DNA from: Candidatus Limnocylindrales bacterium
Lineage (GTDB): Bacteria; Chloroflexota; Limnocylindria; Limnocylindrales; CSP1-4
DNA length: 64,000 bases
Assembly: GCA_051306295.1 (NCBI GenBank)
Contig: JBPPMZ010000088.1
Location: forward strand, 7,728-71,727
Reading direction: 5' to 3'
Shown: one piece after another, positions 1 to 8,556 of the stretch
How the letters are laid out: the number at the start of each line of letters is the position of its first letter
Position numbering within the stretch: the stretch's first letter is position 1
The notes under the pieces: generated by a model
What the model saw: the letters and a program-made list of their open reading frames with translations, nothing else
Database searches by the model: none
What the model was told of the DNA's origin: nothing
Made by a program: the position numbers and the translations under genes

Positions 1-1133
1 TTGCCCGCCGACTCGAGTTGCTTGCCGAGCTTGCGACGCCCGAGTTCCGCCCGGGCGGTGATGCCCGCCGTGCGCAACTCGGTGGCCACGCGCAGCCGAC
101 CAACGGTGTCGTCCGGATCGGCCCCGACGACGACGACCGTCGGAGCGTCGGGCGTGACGACTCCCCCGCCCTGCTCGGCCAGCGCCAGGACCAGCCGGTC
201 GAGCCCGATCCCGAAGCCGATCCCGGGCGTCGGCCGGCCGCCCAGCAGCTCCACGAGTCCGTCATAGCGACCGCCACCGCCCAGAGCCTGCTGCTGACCC
301 TCGCGACCAGCGACGTAGAACTCGAACGCGGTCCGGGTGTAGTAGTCCAGGCCGCGCACGAGCCCCGGCTCCAGGCGGAACGGCACGCCAAGAACGTGCA
401 AGTGCTCCTGGACCGCCGCGAAGTGCGCCGCGCAGTCATCGCACAGGCGATCGGTGATGCGTGGGGCGGCGGCGTTCAACGCCGCCATCGCCGGATCCTT
501 GCTGTCGAGCAGGCGCAGGACGTTCCGTTCCAGCCGGTCGCGCTCCATGGACGGCAGCCCGTCCGCACGTTCGCGGTAGTAGGACGTCAGCTCGGCCACG
601 TACGCCGGCCGGCAGGCCGCGTCGCCGATCGAGTTGAGCAGGACCTCCACGCCGGTCAACCCGGCGTCGGCGTAGAAGCGCGATCCGAGTTCGATGATCT
701 CCGCGTCGACCGCCGGACCCGGGTCGCCGATGGCCTCGATATCGAACTGCCAGAACTGGCGGTAACGGCCGGCCTGGGGGCGGTCGTAGCGGAACATCGG
801 CCCGGTCATCGACAGCTTCACCGGCTGCGGCCAGGTCTGCATCCCATGCTGGACGTAGGCCCGCACGATGCCCGCTGTGGGTTCCGGGCGGAGGGACCAG
901 GACTCGCCCTCCTCGGTCCGTGGCGCGATCCGGAAGAGTTCCTTCTCGACGATGTCGGTGACCTCGCCGACACCCCGCTCGAAGACCGCGGTCTGCTCGA
1001 GCATCGGGGTCTCGATGCGCCGGTAGCCGTAACGCGCGGCGAGGTCGTCGGCCAGGCGCTCCAGGCGCGTCCAGGTCGGCGTCTCGTCGGGCAGCAGGTC
1101 GCGGGTGCCGCGGGCGGCTCGGAAGGTCGTCAT
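1..1133 (-). CDS. hisS: histidine--tRNA ligase. The 3' end is cut by the window edge, so only the N-terminal ~377 aa are present.
   Basis: Not in the ORF track. The reverse complement from the ATG (cat at 1131-1133) reads MTTFRAARGTRDLLPDETPTWTRLERLADDLAARYGYRRIETPMLEQTAVFERG...GGGRYDGLVELLGG. These are class II HisRS motifs. The frame runs open to position 1. Confidence 0.9.
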   Translation of the reverse strand, partial: MTTFRAARGTRDLLPDETPTWTRLERLADDLAARYGYRRIETPMLEQTAVFERGVGEVTDIVEKELFRIAPRTEEGESWSLRPEPTAGIVRAYVQHGMQTWPQPVKLSMTGPMFRYDRPQAGRYRQFWQFDIEAIGDPGPAVDAEIIELGSRFYADAGLTGVEVLLNSIGDAACRPAYVAELTSYYRERADGLPSMERDRLERNVLRLLDSKDPAMAALNAAAPRITDRLCDDCAAHFAAVQEHLHVLGVPFRLEPGLVRGLDYYTRTAFEFYVAGREGQQQALGGGGRYDGLVELLGGRPTPGIGFGIGLDRLVLALAEQGGGVVTPDAPTVVVVGADPDDTVGRLRVATELRTAGITARAELGRRKLGKQLESAG

Positions 1134-1163
1134 GCGCAGGAGTCTAGCGGCGGGACGGTCCGG

Positions 1164-1535
1164 TCAGGCCGCGATCGTCGGCACGTCGTAGCGCTGGATC
1201 GTCGCGTCGCGTGTGACGAGCGTCAGTCGTTCGACGACAGCCTGGGCGATGAGCATCCGATCGAACGGGTCGCGATGCAGCGGCGGAAGGTCGCCCACGG
1301 CCCGCGCGTGCTCCCACTCCATGGCGAGCGGCTGAACGCCGAGGTCCAGGAGTCGCTCCGGCAGATCGGTCGGGCTGATCAGCTGACTCATGGCGGTCTT
1401 GACCGTGATCTCCCAGATCGATGCGGCACTGACGTAGATGCGGTCGCCGGCTTCGATCGCCGCCCGCGCGGCGGCACTGATCGGAGAGTCCGCGAGCATC
1501 CAGACGATCACGTTGGTATCCAACAACAGGTTCAC
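1164..1535 (-). CDS. vapC: PIN-domain ribonuclease toxin, VapC family
   Basis: 123 aa starting MNLLLDTNVIVW, then ...SAASIWEI...DPFDRMLIAQA. This is the PIN acidic-residue pattern. The GTG start overlaps the stop of the upstream antitoxin gene (GTGA at 1532-1535). Confidence 0.85.
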   Translation of the reverse strand: MNLLLDTNVIVWMLADSPISAAARAAIEAGDRIYVSAASIWEITVKTAMSQLISPTDLPERLLDLGVQPLAMEWEHARAVGDLPPLHRDPFDRMLIAQAVVERLTLVTRDATIQRYDVPTIAA

Positions 1536-1792
1536 GGCTCGAGTGGCCGGGCGAGGCTCTCGTCGAAGTCGCGTTGGATATCAGCGTCCGACTCGTCGAA
1601 ACCAGGGAGGATGCGGATCTCATCCTTCATGGCCCCGAACCACCGGCGACGCGGAACGTCGACGTACGGGACCAGGCGGGCGATGGGCTTGCCGGCTCGG
1701 CCGATCACGACATCCTGTCCGGCCTCGACTCGCTCCAGGAGCCGCGAAAGATTCGTCTTGGCGGCGTGGACGTTGACGATCTCGGTGGCCAT
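1532..1792 (-). CDS. vapB: Phd/YefM-type antitoxin, partner of VapC
   Basis: 86 aa. MATEIVNVHAAKTNLSRLLERVEAGQDVVIGRAGKPIARLVP is a typical Phd/YefM N-terminus. It lies directly upstream of, and is translationally coupled to, the PIN gene. Confidence 0.8.
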   Translation of the reverse strand: MATEIVNVHAAKTNLSRLLERVEAGQDVVIGRAGKPIARLVPYVDVPRRRWFGAMKDEIRILPGFDESDADIQRDFDESLARPLEP

Positions 1793-1798
1793 GGACCA

Positions 1799-1827
1799 AG
1801 TCTAGCTAAGTCCATGTATCGGGTCAA
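1799..1827 (-). promoter_or_regulatory. Putative sigma-70/SigA-type promoter of vapBC, predicting a leaderless vapB mRNA
   Basis: The minus strand reads TTGACC (1827-1822), a 17-nt spacer, then TAGACT (1804-1799). The vapB ATG begins only 6 nt after the -10 box. A 7-bp inverted repeat CATGGAC/GTCCATG (1790-1796 and 1810-1816) spans the -10 box and the start codon. Confidence 0.5.
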
Positions 1828-1839
1828 GGCCGAAGCCGC

Positions 1840-4203
1840 TCAGTTGAGGTCACGCTGGACGTTGATGACGTCCTTCAGATTCTCGATGCGACTCATGACC
1901 CTGGCCAGCTGTGACACGGAGTGCACCTGGAGCGTCGCCGTCACCACGGCCGTGTGGTCCGGCGTGACCCCGACCGAGGCCGCCAGGATGTTGACCTTGT
2001 TCTCAGCCACGACCTGGGTGATGTCGGAGAGCAGGCCGGTCCGGTCGTAGGCCTCGACCCGGATCGCGATCGGGTACGTCTGGGTGGGTGCCGCCTCCCA
2101 CTCGACCTCGATGAGGCGGCTGACCTCGCGCTCGTTGATGACGGTCGGGCAGCTCTGGAGGTGGACCGTGACACCCTTCCCCCGGGTGATGAACCCGACG
2201 ATCTGATCGCCAGGGATGGGCGAGCAGCACTTGGCGAAGCGGACCAGGAGGTCGCCGACGCCCTTGACCCGAACGCCGCCGGTGCGCGGGACCTGCGCCG
2301 GCGGAGCGACGGTCGGTAACTGGCTCTGGCCATCGTCCACGACGCCCAGGCGCATGACCACGGACTGCGCGCTCACGGCCCCGTAGCCGATAGCCGCCAG
2401 GAAGTCGTCGTTGGTGTCGAAGTTGAGGAGCTTCGCGACCTCGGCGATCTTGTCCGCCCCGACGGCCGCGATGGTCGTCCGGGCCAGGCGCCGCAGCTCC
2501 CGCTCCAGCGACTCGCGGCCGTGGACGATGTTCTCGTCGCGGTCCTTGCGCTTGAACCACTGGCGGATCTTTTCCCGGGCATGCGAGGTGCGGACGACGT
2601 TCATCCAGTCGCGCGACGGCCCGTGCTCGCCCTTGGTCGTGACGATCTCGACGATGTCGCCGTTCTTGAGTCGATAGTCGAGCGGGACGAGGCGGTTGTT
2701 GACCTTGGCCCCGATCGTCCGGTGCCCGACGTCAGTATGGATCCGGTAGGCGAAGTCGAGCGGGGTGGCGCCCGCCGGCAGGTCCTTGATGTCGCCCTTG
2801 GGCGTGAACACGAAGACCTGGTCCTGGAAGATGTCGAGCTTGATGCCCTCGACGAACTCGGTCGCGTCGCCGTCGGACACATCGCGCTGCCAGTCCATGA
2901 GTTGGCGCAGCCAGGCGAGCTTGGCGTCGTACTCGCGGTCGGACTTGGTGCCTTCCTTGTAGCGCCAATGGGCCGCGATGCCGACCTCGCTGACCTGGTG
3001 CATCTGGTGCGTGCGGATCTGGATCTCGAGCGGCTTGCCATCGATGGCGATGGCCGCCGTGTGGAGCGACTGGTAGAGGTTGTTCTTGGGGACGGCGATG
3101 TAGTCGTCGAACTGGCCGGGAATGGGGCGCCAGATGCTGTGCACGATCCCCAGGGCCGCGTAGCAGTCCCTGACGTCATCGACGAGCAGGCGGATGGCGT
3201 AGACGTCGTAGATCTCGCCGAACTCCGCGCTCTTGCGCTGCATCTTCTTCCAGATGCTGTAGATGTGTTTCGGGCGGCCCTGGAGGTCGGCCTCGATGCC
3301 GGCCGCGGCGAGATGCGGCTTGAGCTCGGCGATGGCCCGGTCGATGTACGACTCGCGGCCCTTGCGGCGGGTGTCGAGCAGCTTGGCGAGCTCCCGGAAG
3401 CGCTCCGGGTCGAGGGCCTTGAACGCGAGGTCCTCGAGCTCCCACTTCATCTGCCAGATCCCGAGGCGCTCGGCCAGCGGCGCGTAGATCTCCATGGTCT
3501 GGCGGGCGATGCGCTGCTGCTTCTCCGACGGCAGCCCATACAGCGTGCGCATGTTGTGGAGCCGGTCGGCCAGCTTGATCAGGACGACCCGGATGTCCTG
3601 GGCCATCGCCAGCAGCATCTTGCGGATGTTCTCGGCCTGCTGCTGCTCGTGACTGTGGGTGCTGAACCGGGACAGCTTCGTGACCCCGTCGACGAGCTGG
3701 GCGACCTCCCCACCGAAGCGCTCCTCGATATCGGTCAGGCTGACCTCGGTGTCCTCCGGGACGTCGTGGAGGAGCGCGGCCTGGATGGCGACCGGGTCGA
3801 TCCCGAGCTCGGCCAGGATCTGGGCACTGGCGATGGGGTGCGTGACGTATGGCTCGCCCGTCGCGCGCTTCTGGCCGGTGTGCGCCTCGACGGCGAGGTC
3901 GAAGGCGCGCTCGACACCGGCCAGGTCGGCGTGGGCATGGTGCTCGGTGATGGATGCCAGCAGGGCCTTGCGGAGGGCCCCGAGATCGATCTCGCCGACC
4001 GGGGTGCCCGGCGCGATGCCTGTGGTCCGCCGCGGTCCGCGCCGGGAGGCGGCACCGTTGCGCGTCTCGGTCGTCGGCGCCGGCACCGTAGGCGTGGCGG
4101 CCGGCGCGACCGCCGGTGCAAGCGCCGGTGCAACGGGCGCAACGGGCGCAACGACAGGCTCGACGACAGGCGTCGTGGGCGTTCGGGGTCGGGTGCTCGC
4201 CAT
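1840..4203 (-). CDS. rel: Bifunctional (p)ppGpp synthetase/hydrolase of the RelA/SpoT family
   Basis: HD hydrolase motif (HDVPEDT), synthetase core (YIAVPKNNLYQSLHT), and TGS and ACT-like C-terminal regions. The start is set at the internal ATG 4203 (MASTRPRT...) because the longer ORF would run into the upstream convergent-free gene end at 4236. The protein has an N-terminal Pro/Ala/Thr-rich extension. Confidence 0.9.
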   Translation of the reverse strand: MASTRPRTPTTPVVEPVVAPVAPVAPALAPAVAPAATPTVPAPTTETRNGAASRRGPRRTTGIAPGTPVGEIDLGALRKALLASITEHHAHADLAGVERAFDLAVEAHTGQKRATGEPYVTHPIASAQILAELGIDPVAIQAALLHDVPEDTEVSLTDIEERFGGEVAQLVDGVTKLSRFSTHSHEQQQAENIRKMLLAMAQDIRVVLIKLADRLHNMRTLYGLPSEKQQRIARQTMEIYAPLAERLGIWQMKWELEDLAFKALDPERFRELAKLLDTRRKGRESYIDRAIAELKPHLAAAGIEADLQGRPKHIYSIWKKMQRKSAEFGEIYDVYAIRLLVDDVRDCYAALGIVHSIWRPIPGQFDDYIAVPKNNLYQSLHTAAIAIDGKPLEIQIRTHQMHQVSEVGIAAHWRYKEGTKSDREYDAKLAWLRQLMDWQRDVSDGDATEFVEGIKLDIFQDQVFVFTPKGDIKDLPAGATPLDFAYRIHTDVGHRTIGAKVNNRLVPLDYRLKNGDIVEIVTTKGEHGPSRDWMNVVRTSHAREKIRQWFKRKDRDENIVHGRESLERELRRLARTTIAAVGADKIAEVAKLLNFDTNDDFLAAIGYGAVSAQSVVMRLGVVDDGQSQLPTVAPPAQVPRTGGVRVKGVGDLLVRFAKCCSPIPGDQIVGFITRGKGVTVHLQSCPTVINEREVSRLIEVEWEAAPTQTYPIAIRVEAYDRTGLLSDITQVVAENKVNILAASVGVTPDHTAVVTATLQVHSVSQLARVMSRIENLKDVINVQRDLN

Positions 4204-4235
4204 GGGCCGTAAGGATAGCAGCGGGTCCCGCACGC

Positions 4236-5882
4236 TCAGGGGCGGGTGATCCGAACGTCGTCGACGGACGCCTCGACGAGGTTCCCGGCGCCACCGTCTC
4301 GAGCCGACAGGCGCAGGCGGATGGTCTGCCCGGCCCAGGCGTCCATCGGGATCGACAGGCTGGACCACGCGGCATCGCGATCGCGTGGCGCGCCGGGCAC
4401 GTGCAGGACCGTCGTCGGCGAGCCGCCGGAGTCGAGCACCTCGACCCGGAACCAGTCCGATGGCCCGCTCGCGGCGCTGTGGGCGAACACGTAGCGCAGC
4501 TTGAGTCGCTGGCCGGCGCCGGGCGGAAGGGTGATGGCCGGTGAGGTGACGCTGGTCGTGCCACCATCCAGGTCGTTGGCGCCCGCGCTCGTGCCGGCCG
4601 CGGCCCCGGTCACCAGGCCGCGGATGCCGCTCGGGGTCGTGCCTGGCTGCTTGGGGCCAGCCGCGCTGGTCGCGACGGGGTCGGCGCGCTGCCAGCGCCC
4701 GCCGGTCGCGGTGTCGGTGCCCTGCGCATCGCGCCGCCAGCCGCGCGTGACCTCGAAGTCGTCATCGAACGCGCCACACCGGGCCGCGCCCTTGCCGATG
4801 GCGTCGAACGGGCAGTCAGCCAGCGCGATGATGTCCAGGACGGCGGCCCTGTTGCGACCCGTTTCCGAGGGGATCTTCTCGTCCGTGGGGAACGGCGTGC
4901 TGTCGGGCGACATCTCGATCGTGAAGGCGAACGTCCGATAGGCACCGTACAGCCAGTCGCGCGACGTACCAGAACTGATATACAGGTCGCTGGCCTGGAT
5001 CGCCCGATACCCGTTGGTCGCGGCCATCCGCCGCGCCAGCTCGACGAAGACGGCTCGGTCATCGCGGGTCATGTCGCGGGGCGTGTTCGTGAGCGTGTAG
5101 CCGAAGGGGTACATCACCAGCCGCCCGGTCGTATGGAAGCTGATCGCGGCACGGATCTGCTGCCGCCCGCCGACGACCCGGCTCTTGACGAAAGCGGTCA
5201 TCGCCCGGGTCTCCGGCGCGGACAGCGCGCTTCGCCCGCGGAAGCGCGAACTCGACGGCGTCGCGCTCGAGCCACCACAGCAGCCCCAGCGGTAGGCGTA
5301 GTTGCGATTGAGATCCGTCCCGATCGAGTTCGAGCCCGACGTCGGCTGGCGATTCTTGCGCCAGTTCCGGTACGTCCCGGAGCCGGCGATGTCGTAGGTG
5401 GCGCCATCGGGGTTGACGGCGAAGACGATCCAGATCTCGCGCGTATCGACGAGCTCGCGGATGGTCGCGTCGCCGGCGTCGTAGCCGTCGGTCAGCCAGC
5501 GCAGGATGGCCAGCGTCATCTCCAGGCTCATGTGCTCATCGCCGTGGTGCAGGCCGTCGAACAGGACCTCGGGCTCCGCCTCGTCGGTGGCGACATGGTC
5601 GGAGATCTTGACCGCCCACAGGTCGCGGCCCTGGTGGCTCTTGCCGATGGAGAGGCGCCGGACGATGGCCGGGTGGTCGGCGACGGCCTGGGCCACCTCG
5701 GCGGCCATCTCGGGATACGTGTGGTAGCCGGTGTCCGCGGCCGGGAACTCGGGCTCGGCCGCGGACGCGCCGAGCGCGCCGGCGGGCAGGAGCAGGGTGG
5801 CGGCCAGGAGCGCCCGCGAGAGGATCCGCATCGGGCCCATCGTGGGCGGGCGATGCCCGCGCGTCGATGGCGCGGTCGTCAT
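4236..5882 (-). CDS. Secreted zinc carboxypeptidase, peptidase M14 family, with a C-terminal beta-sandwich-like domain
   Basis: Signal-peptide-like MRILSRALLAATLLLPAGALGASAAEP. The HHGDEH (HxxE) zinc motif and NPDG...WRKNR motifs are M14 features. The ATG at 5882 overlaps the murE stop (ATGA at 5879-5882). Later ATGs at 5840 and 5831 are alternative starts. Confidence 0.8.
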   Translation of the reverse strand: MTTAPSTRGHRPPTMGPMRILSRALLAATLLLPAGALGASAAEPEFPAADTGYHTYPEMAAEVAQAVADHPAIVRRLSIGKSHQGRDLWAVKISDHVATDEAEPEVLFDGLHHGDEHMSLEMTLAILRWLTDGYDAGDATIRELVDTREIWIVFAVNPDGATYDIAGSGTYRNWRKNRQPTSGSNSIGTDLNRNYAYRWGCCGGSSATPSSSRFRGRSALSAPETRAMTAFVKSRVVGGRQQIRAAISFHTTGRLVMYPFGYTLTNTPRDMTRDDRAVFVELARRMAATNGYRAIQASDLYISSGTSRDWLYGAYRTFAFTIEMSPDSTPFPTDEKIPSETGRNRAAVLDIIALADCPFDAIGKGAARCGAFDDDFEVTRGWRRDAQGTDTATGGRWQRADPVATSAAGPKQPGTTPSGIRGLVTGAAAGTSAGANDLDGGTTSVTSPAITLPPGAGQRLKLRYVFAHSAASGPSDWFRVEVLDSGGSPTTVLHVPGAPRDRDAAWSSLSIPMDAWAGQTIRLRLSARDGGAGNLVEASVDDVRITRP

Positions 5883-7447
5883 GGCTGCCTCCGGTACCCC
5901 ATCGTGGACAACAGGTCGGTGGCGACCGCCATCTCGTCCCACGGCTGCTCGCCGTCCGGGCCGCTGATCGAACGCTCATGACCCTTGCCGGCCAGGAGCA
6001 CGACATCGCCGGGCCTGGCGGCCTCGAGGGCGGCGGCGAGAGCGTCACGCCGATCGGCGATGAGCAGCAGGTCGTGGCCGCGCCGACGGCCGGCCGCCTC
6101 GGCGCCGCGCGCGATCGCGTCCAGGATGGCGTCGCGGTCCTCGTGCCGCGGATCCTCGTCGGTGACGACGACCAGGCGGCAGCGCTCTCCCGCGATCCGG
6201 CCCATCTGCGGGCGCTTGGCCGTGTCCCGCTCCCCGGCCGAGCCGAAGACCGCGATGAGGCCGCCTCCGCGGGCCGCCGCGGTCGGAGCGAGCAGATCCA
6301 GCACGGTCTGGAGCGACGCCGGGCTATGAGCGAAGTCCACGATGACCCCGAACGGCTGGCCGACGTCCAGGCGCTCCATGCGTCCCGGCACCCGCGCCAC
6401 GCTGGCCAGGCCAGCGCGCGTCGCCACCGGGTCCAGGCCCATCGCGAAGCCCATCGCGACCACGGCCAGGGCGTTGTGGACGTTGAATCGGCCGGCAAGG
6501 CGGAGTTCCAGCGTGGCGGACCCGTCTGGTGACTCGATCGCCGCTCTGAGGCCTGCCGGTCCCTCCGAGACGCTGGTCGCCCGGACATCGGCCGCGCCAT
6601 GCGTGCCATAGGTGATCACCCGCGCCCCGGCGTCGCGCGTGACACCGATGAACACACCGGCCGACGGGTCGTCCAGGTTGATGATCCCGGTGGTGCCTGG
6701 CCCGTGCAGGCGCGCGAACAACGACAACTTGGCGTCTCGATACGCCTCCCACGTCCCATGCAGCTCCAGGTGTTCGTGGGTCAGGTTGGTCAGCACGGCG
6801 ACGTCGTAGTCCACGTCAGCGACCCGGTCCATGGCCAGCCCGTGCGAGGTCGTCTCGATGACGACCGTGTCGTCGCCGGCTTCGACCATCGCGCGGAGGG
6901 CGGCCTGGAGCTCGGGCGCGTCGGGGGTCGTGGCGTGGGCCTCGTGGGCGACCGTCTCGCCGCCGATCCGGGTCGCGATCGTGCCGATCATCCCGGCCCG
7001 CCGTCCGGCCGCCTCCAGCGCCGCGACGGCCAGGTAGGCCGTTGTCGTCTTGCCGTCCGTGCCGGTGATGCCGATCACGGTCAGCGATCGCGACGGATCG
7101 CCGTTCCACCATGCGGCCGCGGTCGCGAGGGCGGACCGGGCGTGCTCGACCACGAGTTGCGTGGCGGAGATCCCGGGGAGCGGCCGCTCCACGATGAGCG
7201 CCGAGGCCCCGGCAGCGACGGCGGCTATGGCGAAGTCGTGGCCGTCGGCGCGCTCCCCCGGGATGGCCACGAAAAGGTCGCCCGGCACGACGGCACGCGA
7301 GTCGTGGGTGACACCACCGACCGTGAGTCCGCCCAGCGCCCCGGAGCCGGCGGCCTTGCCGTCCGCAAGACGGATGCCACGGAGGCGGCCGCGCGCCGTG
7401 AGGCGGGCTGCGAGTTCCGGCAGGGGCCGTGGCCCGGGATCGGTCAT
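5879..7447 (-). CDS. murE: UDP-N-acetylmuramoyl-L-alanyl-D-glutamate--diamino-acid ligase (MurE)
   Basis: Mur ligase P-loop ITGTDGKTTT and the C-terminal domain. The diamino-acid recognition position reads TDEDPR. The start at ATG 7447 overlaps the upstream stop (ATGA at 7444-7447). Confidence 0.9.
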   Translation of the reverse strand: MTDPGPRPLPELAARLTARGRLRGIRLADGKAAGSGALGGLTVGGVTHDSRAVVPGDLFVAIPGERADGHDFAIAAVAAGASALIVERPLPGISATQLVVEHARSALATAAAWWNGDPSRSLTVIGITGTDGKTTTAYLAVAALEAAGRRAGMIGTIATRIGGETVAHEAHATTPDAPELQAALRAMVEAGDDTVVIETTSHGLAMDRVADVDYDVAVLTNLTHEHLELHGTWEAYRDAKLSLFARLHGPGTTGIINLDDPSAGVFIGVTRDAGARVITYGTHGAADVRATSVSEGPAGLRAAIESPDGSATLELRLAGRFNVHNALAVVAMGFAMGLDPVATRAGLASVARVPGRMERLDVGQPFGVIVDFAHSPASLQTVLDLLAPTAAARGGGLIAVFGSAGERDTAKRPQMGRIAGERCRLVVVTDEDPRHEDRDAILDAIARGAEAAGRRRGHDLLLIADRRDALAAALEAARPGDVVLLAGKGHERSISGPDGEQPWDEMAVATDLLSTMGYRRQP

Positions 7448-8556
7448 CGGCCGGCGGTCCTGGCGACCCTGGTCGTCACCCGGCCCAGGGCGTAGCGCCA
7501 CGGCCGGACGACCAGCTCGTGGGCGCCGATCATCGCCACCCAGCTCGCCCCGAAGGAGCGCTTGTGCTCATACAAGCCGGCCATCGGGTCGCCCTTGACT
7601 GGCTCGTGGTGCTCCGGGCCGACATCCACGCCACCCAGGTCCATCTCCGTGCGGCCCTCGCGGATGGCCAGTTGGATGGCCCGCCAGCGGAGCAGGTGCA
7701 TCACGCCGGGATGGCTGTCGCGGATACCCGGGGCATCCGCCGAATGGACCGTCGAGAGCCGGTTCCCGTGGCGATACAGGATGAGGCCGCCAAGCAGGTG
7801 ACCGTCATCGAGGGCCTCGAGATAGACGAGGTGGCCCGCGGCCTGCGCCGCCCGCCACCAGTCGATGAACACGCCACGCGGCCCGAACCGGAATCCGAGC
7901 CGCTCCCCCGTCCCCTCCAGCAGGGTCGCGAAGGCGCCCAGCACGTCATCCAGGTCCCGATCCGGCCGATCGAACAGCGGATGGTCGCCGGTCCAGCCAG
8001 CCGTGTCGTGGCGACGGACCACCACCCCGCTCCGCTCGGCGGCGTCGATGCGCTGGCGAGTGGACTTGTTGACGCCCGAGCGGACGGCGGCATCATCCGT
8101 GTCGGGCGCCAGGGCGAGGCTGATCCGGTGCCGGGACGGCTGGATCTCCGGGATGGCATGGAATCCCGCGACGCGCAGGGCCGCGCTCACGCCATCGAGC
8201 GCCACCGGGATCTCGGCGTCGGTCGCGACGACATCGATGCCCTGCGTCGCGAGCCAGTCCGTGAGGGCGATGGTGCGCGCGGCGATCGCGGACGCGGTCT
8301 CCGTGGCCGGGTCGGCGACCGGCCCGCGCGGGACATAGGCGCTCGCACCGCCGATCCACGGGAACGGCCGGGCAAGGACGAGGGCTGCATGGGCGTCGTC
8401 CAGGATCACAAAACGCGGTGTCCAGCCCAGCCGCGCCCGCTGCTCCGCCCAGGCCCGAGACTGGTAGACGTGCCCACCGGGGGCGTGCACGGTCCGGAGG
8501 TCCCAGGTCTCGAGCTCGGCGGGCGTCGCCTCGCGGATCCCGTGCGGGCCGGTCAT
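7444..8556 (-). CDS. FemAB-family peptidoglycan interpeptide-bridge aminoacyltransferase (copy 1)
   Basis: HVYQSRAWAEQRARLGWTPRF, a later NKSTRQRIDAAERSGVVV, and LLRWRAIQLAIREG match the FemX/FemAB pattern. The ATG at 8556 overlaps the upstream stop (ATGA). Confidence 0.8.
   Translation of the reverse strand: MTGPHGIREATPAELETWDLRTVHAPGGHVYQSRAWAEQRARLGWTPRFVILDDAHAALVLARPFPWIGGASAYVPRGPVADPATETASAIAARTIALTDWLATQGIDVVATDAEIPVALDGVSAALRVAGFHAIPEIQPSRHRISLALAPDTDDAAVRSGVNKSTRQRIDAAERSGVVVRRHDTAGWTGDHPLFDRPDRDLDDVLGAFATLLEGTGERLGFRFGPRGVFIDWWRAAQAAGHLVYLEALDDGHLLGGLILYRHGNRLSTVHSADAPGIRDSHPGVMHLLRWRAIQLAIREGRTEMDLGGVDVGPEHHEPVKGDPMAGLYEHKRSFGASWVAMIGAHELVVRPWRYALGRVTTRVARTAGR

Noticed and set aside
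18-1805. A 595-aa ORF on the + strand covering the first 1.8 kb
   Set aside because: It is antisense to hisS, vapC and vapB, which all have clear family motifs. Its product is Arg/Gly/Pro/Ala-rich with no motif. It is a typical shadow ORF of ~70% GC DNA.
2521-4212. A 563-aa + strand ORF, plus several 130-460-aa ORFs overlapping rel in other frames
   Set aside because: All overlap the well-supported RelA/SpoT gene. Their composition is low-complexity (R/G/A/D-rich) and no motifs are present.
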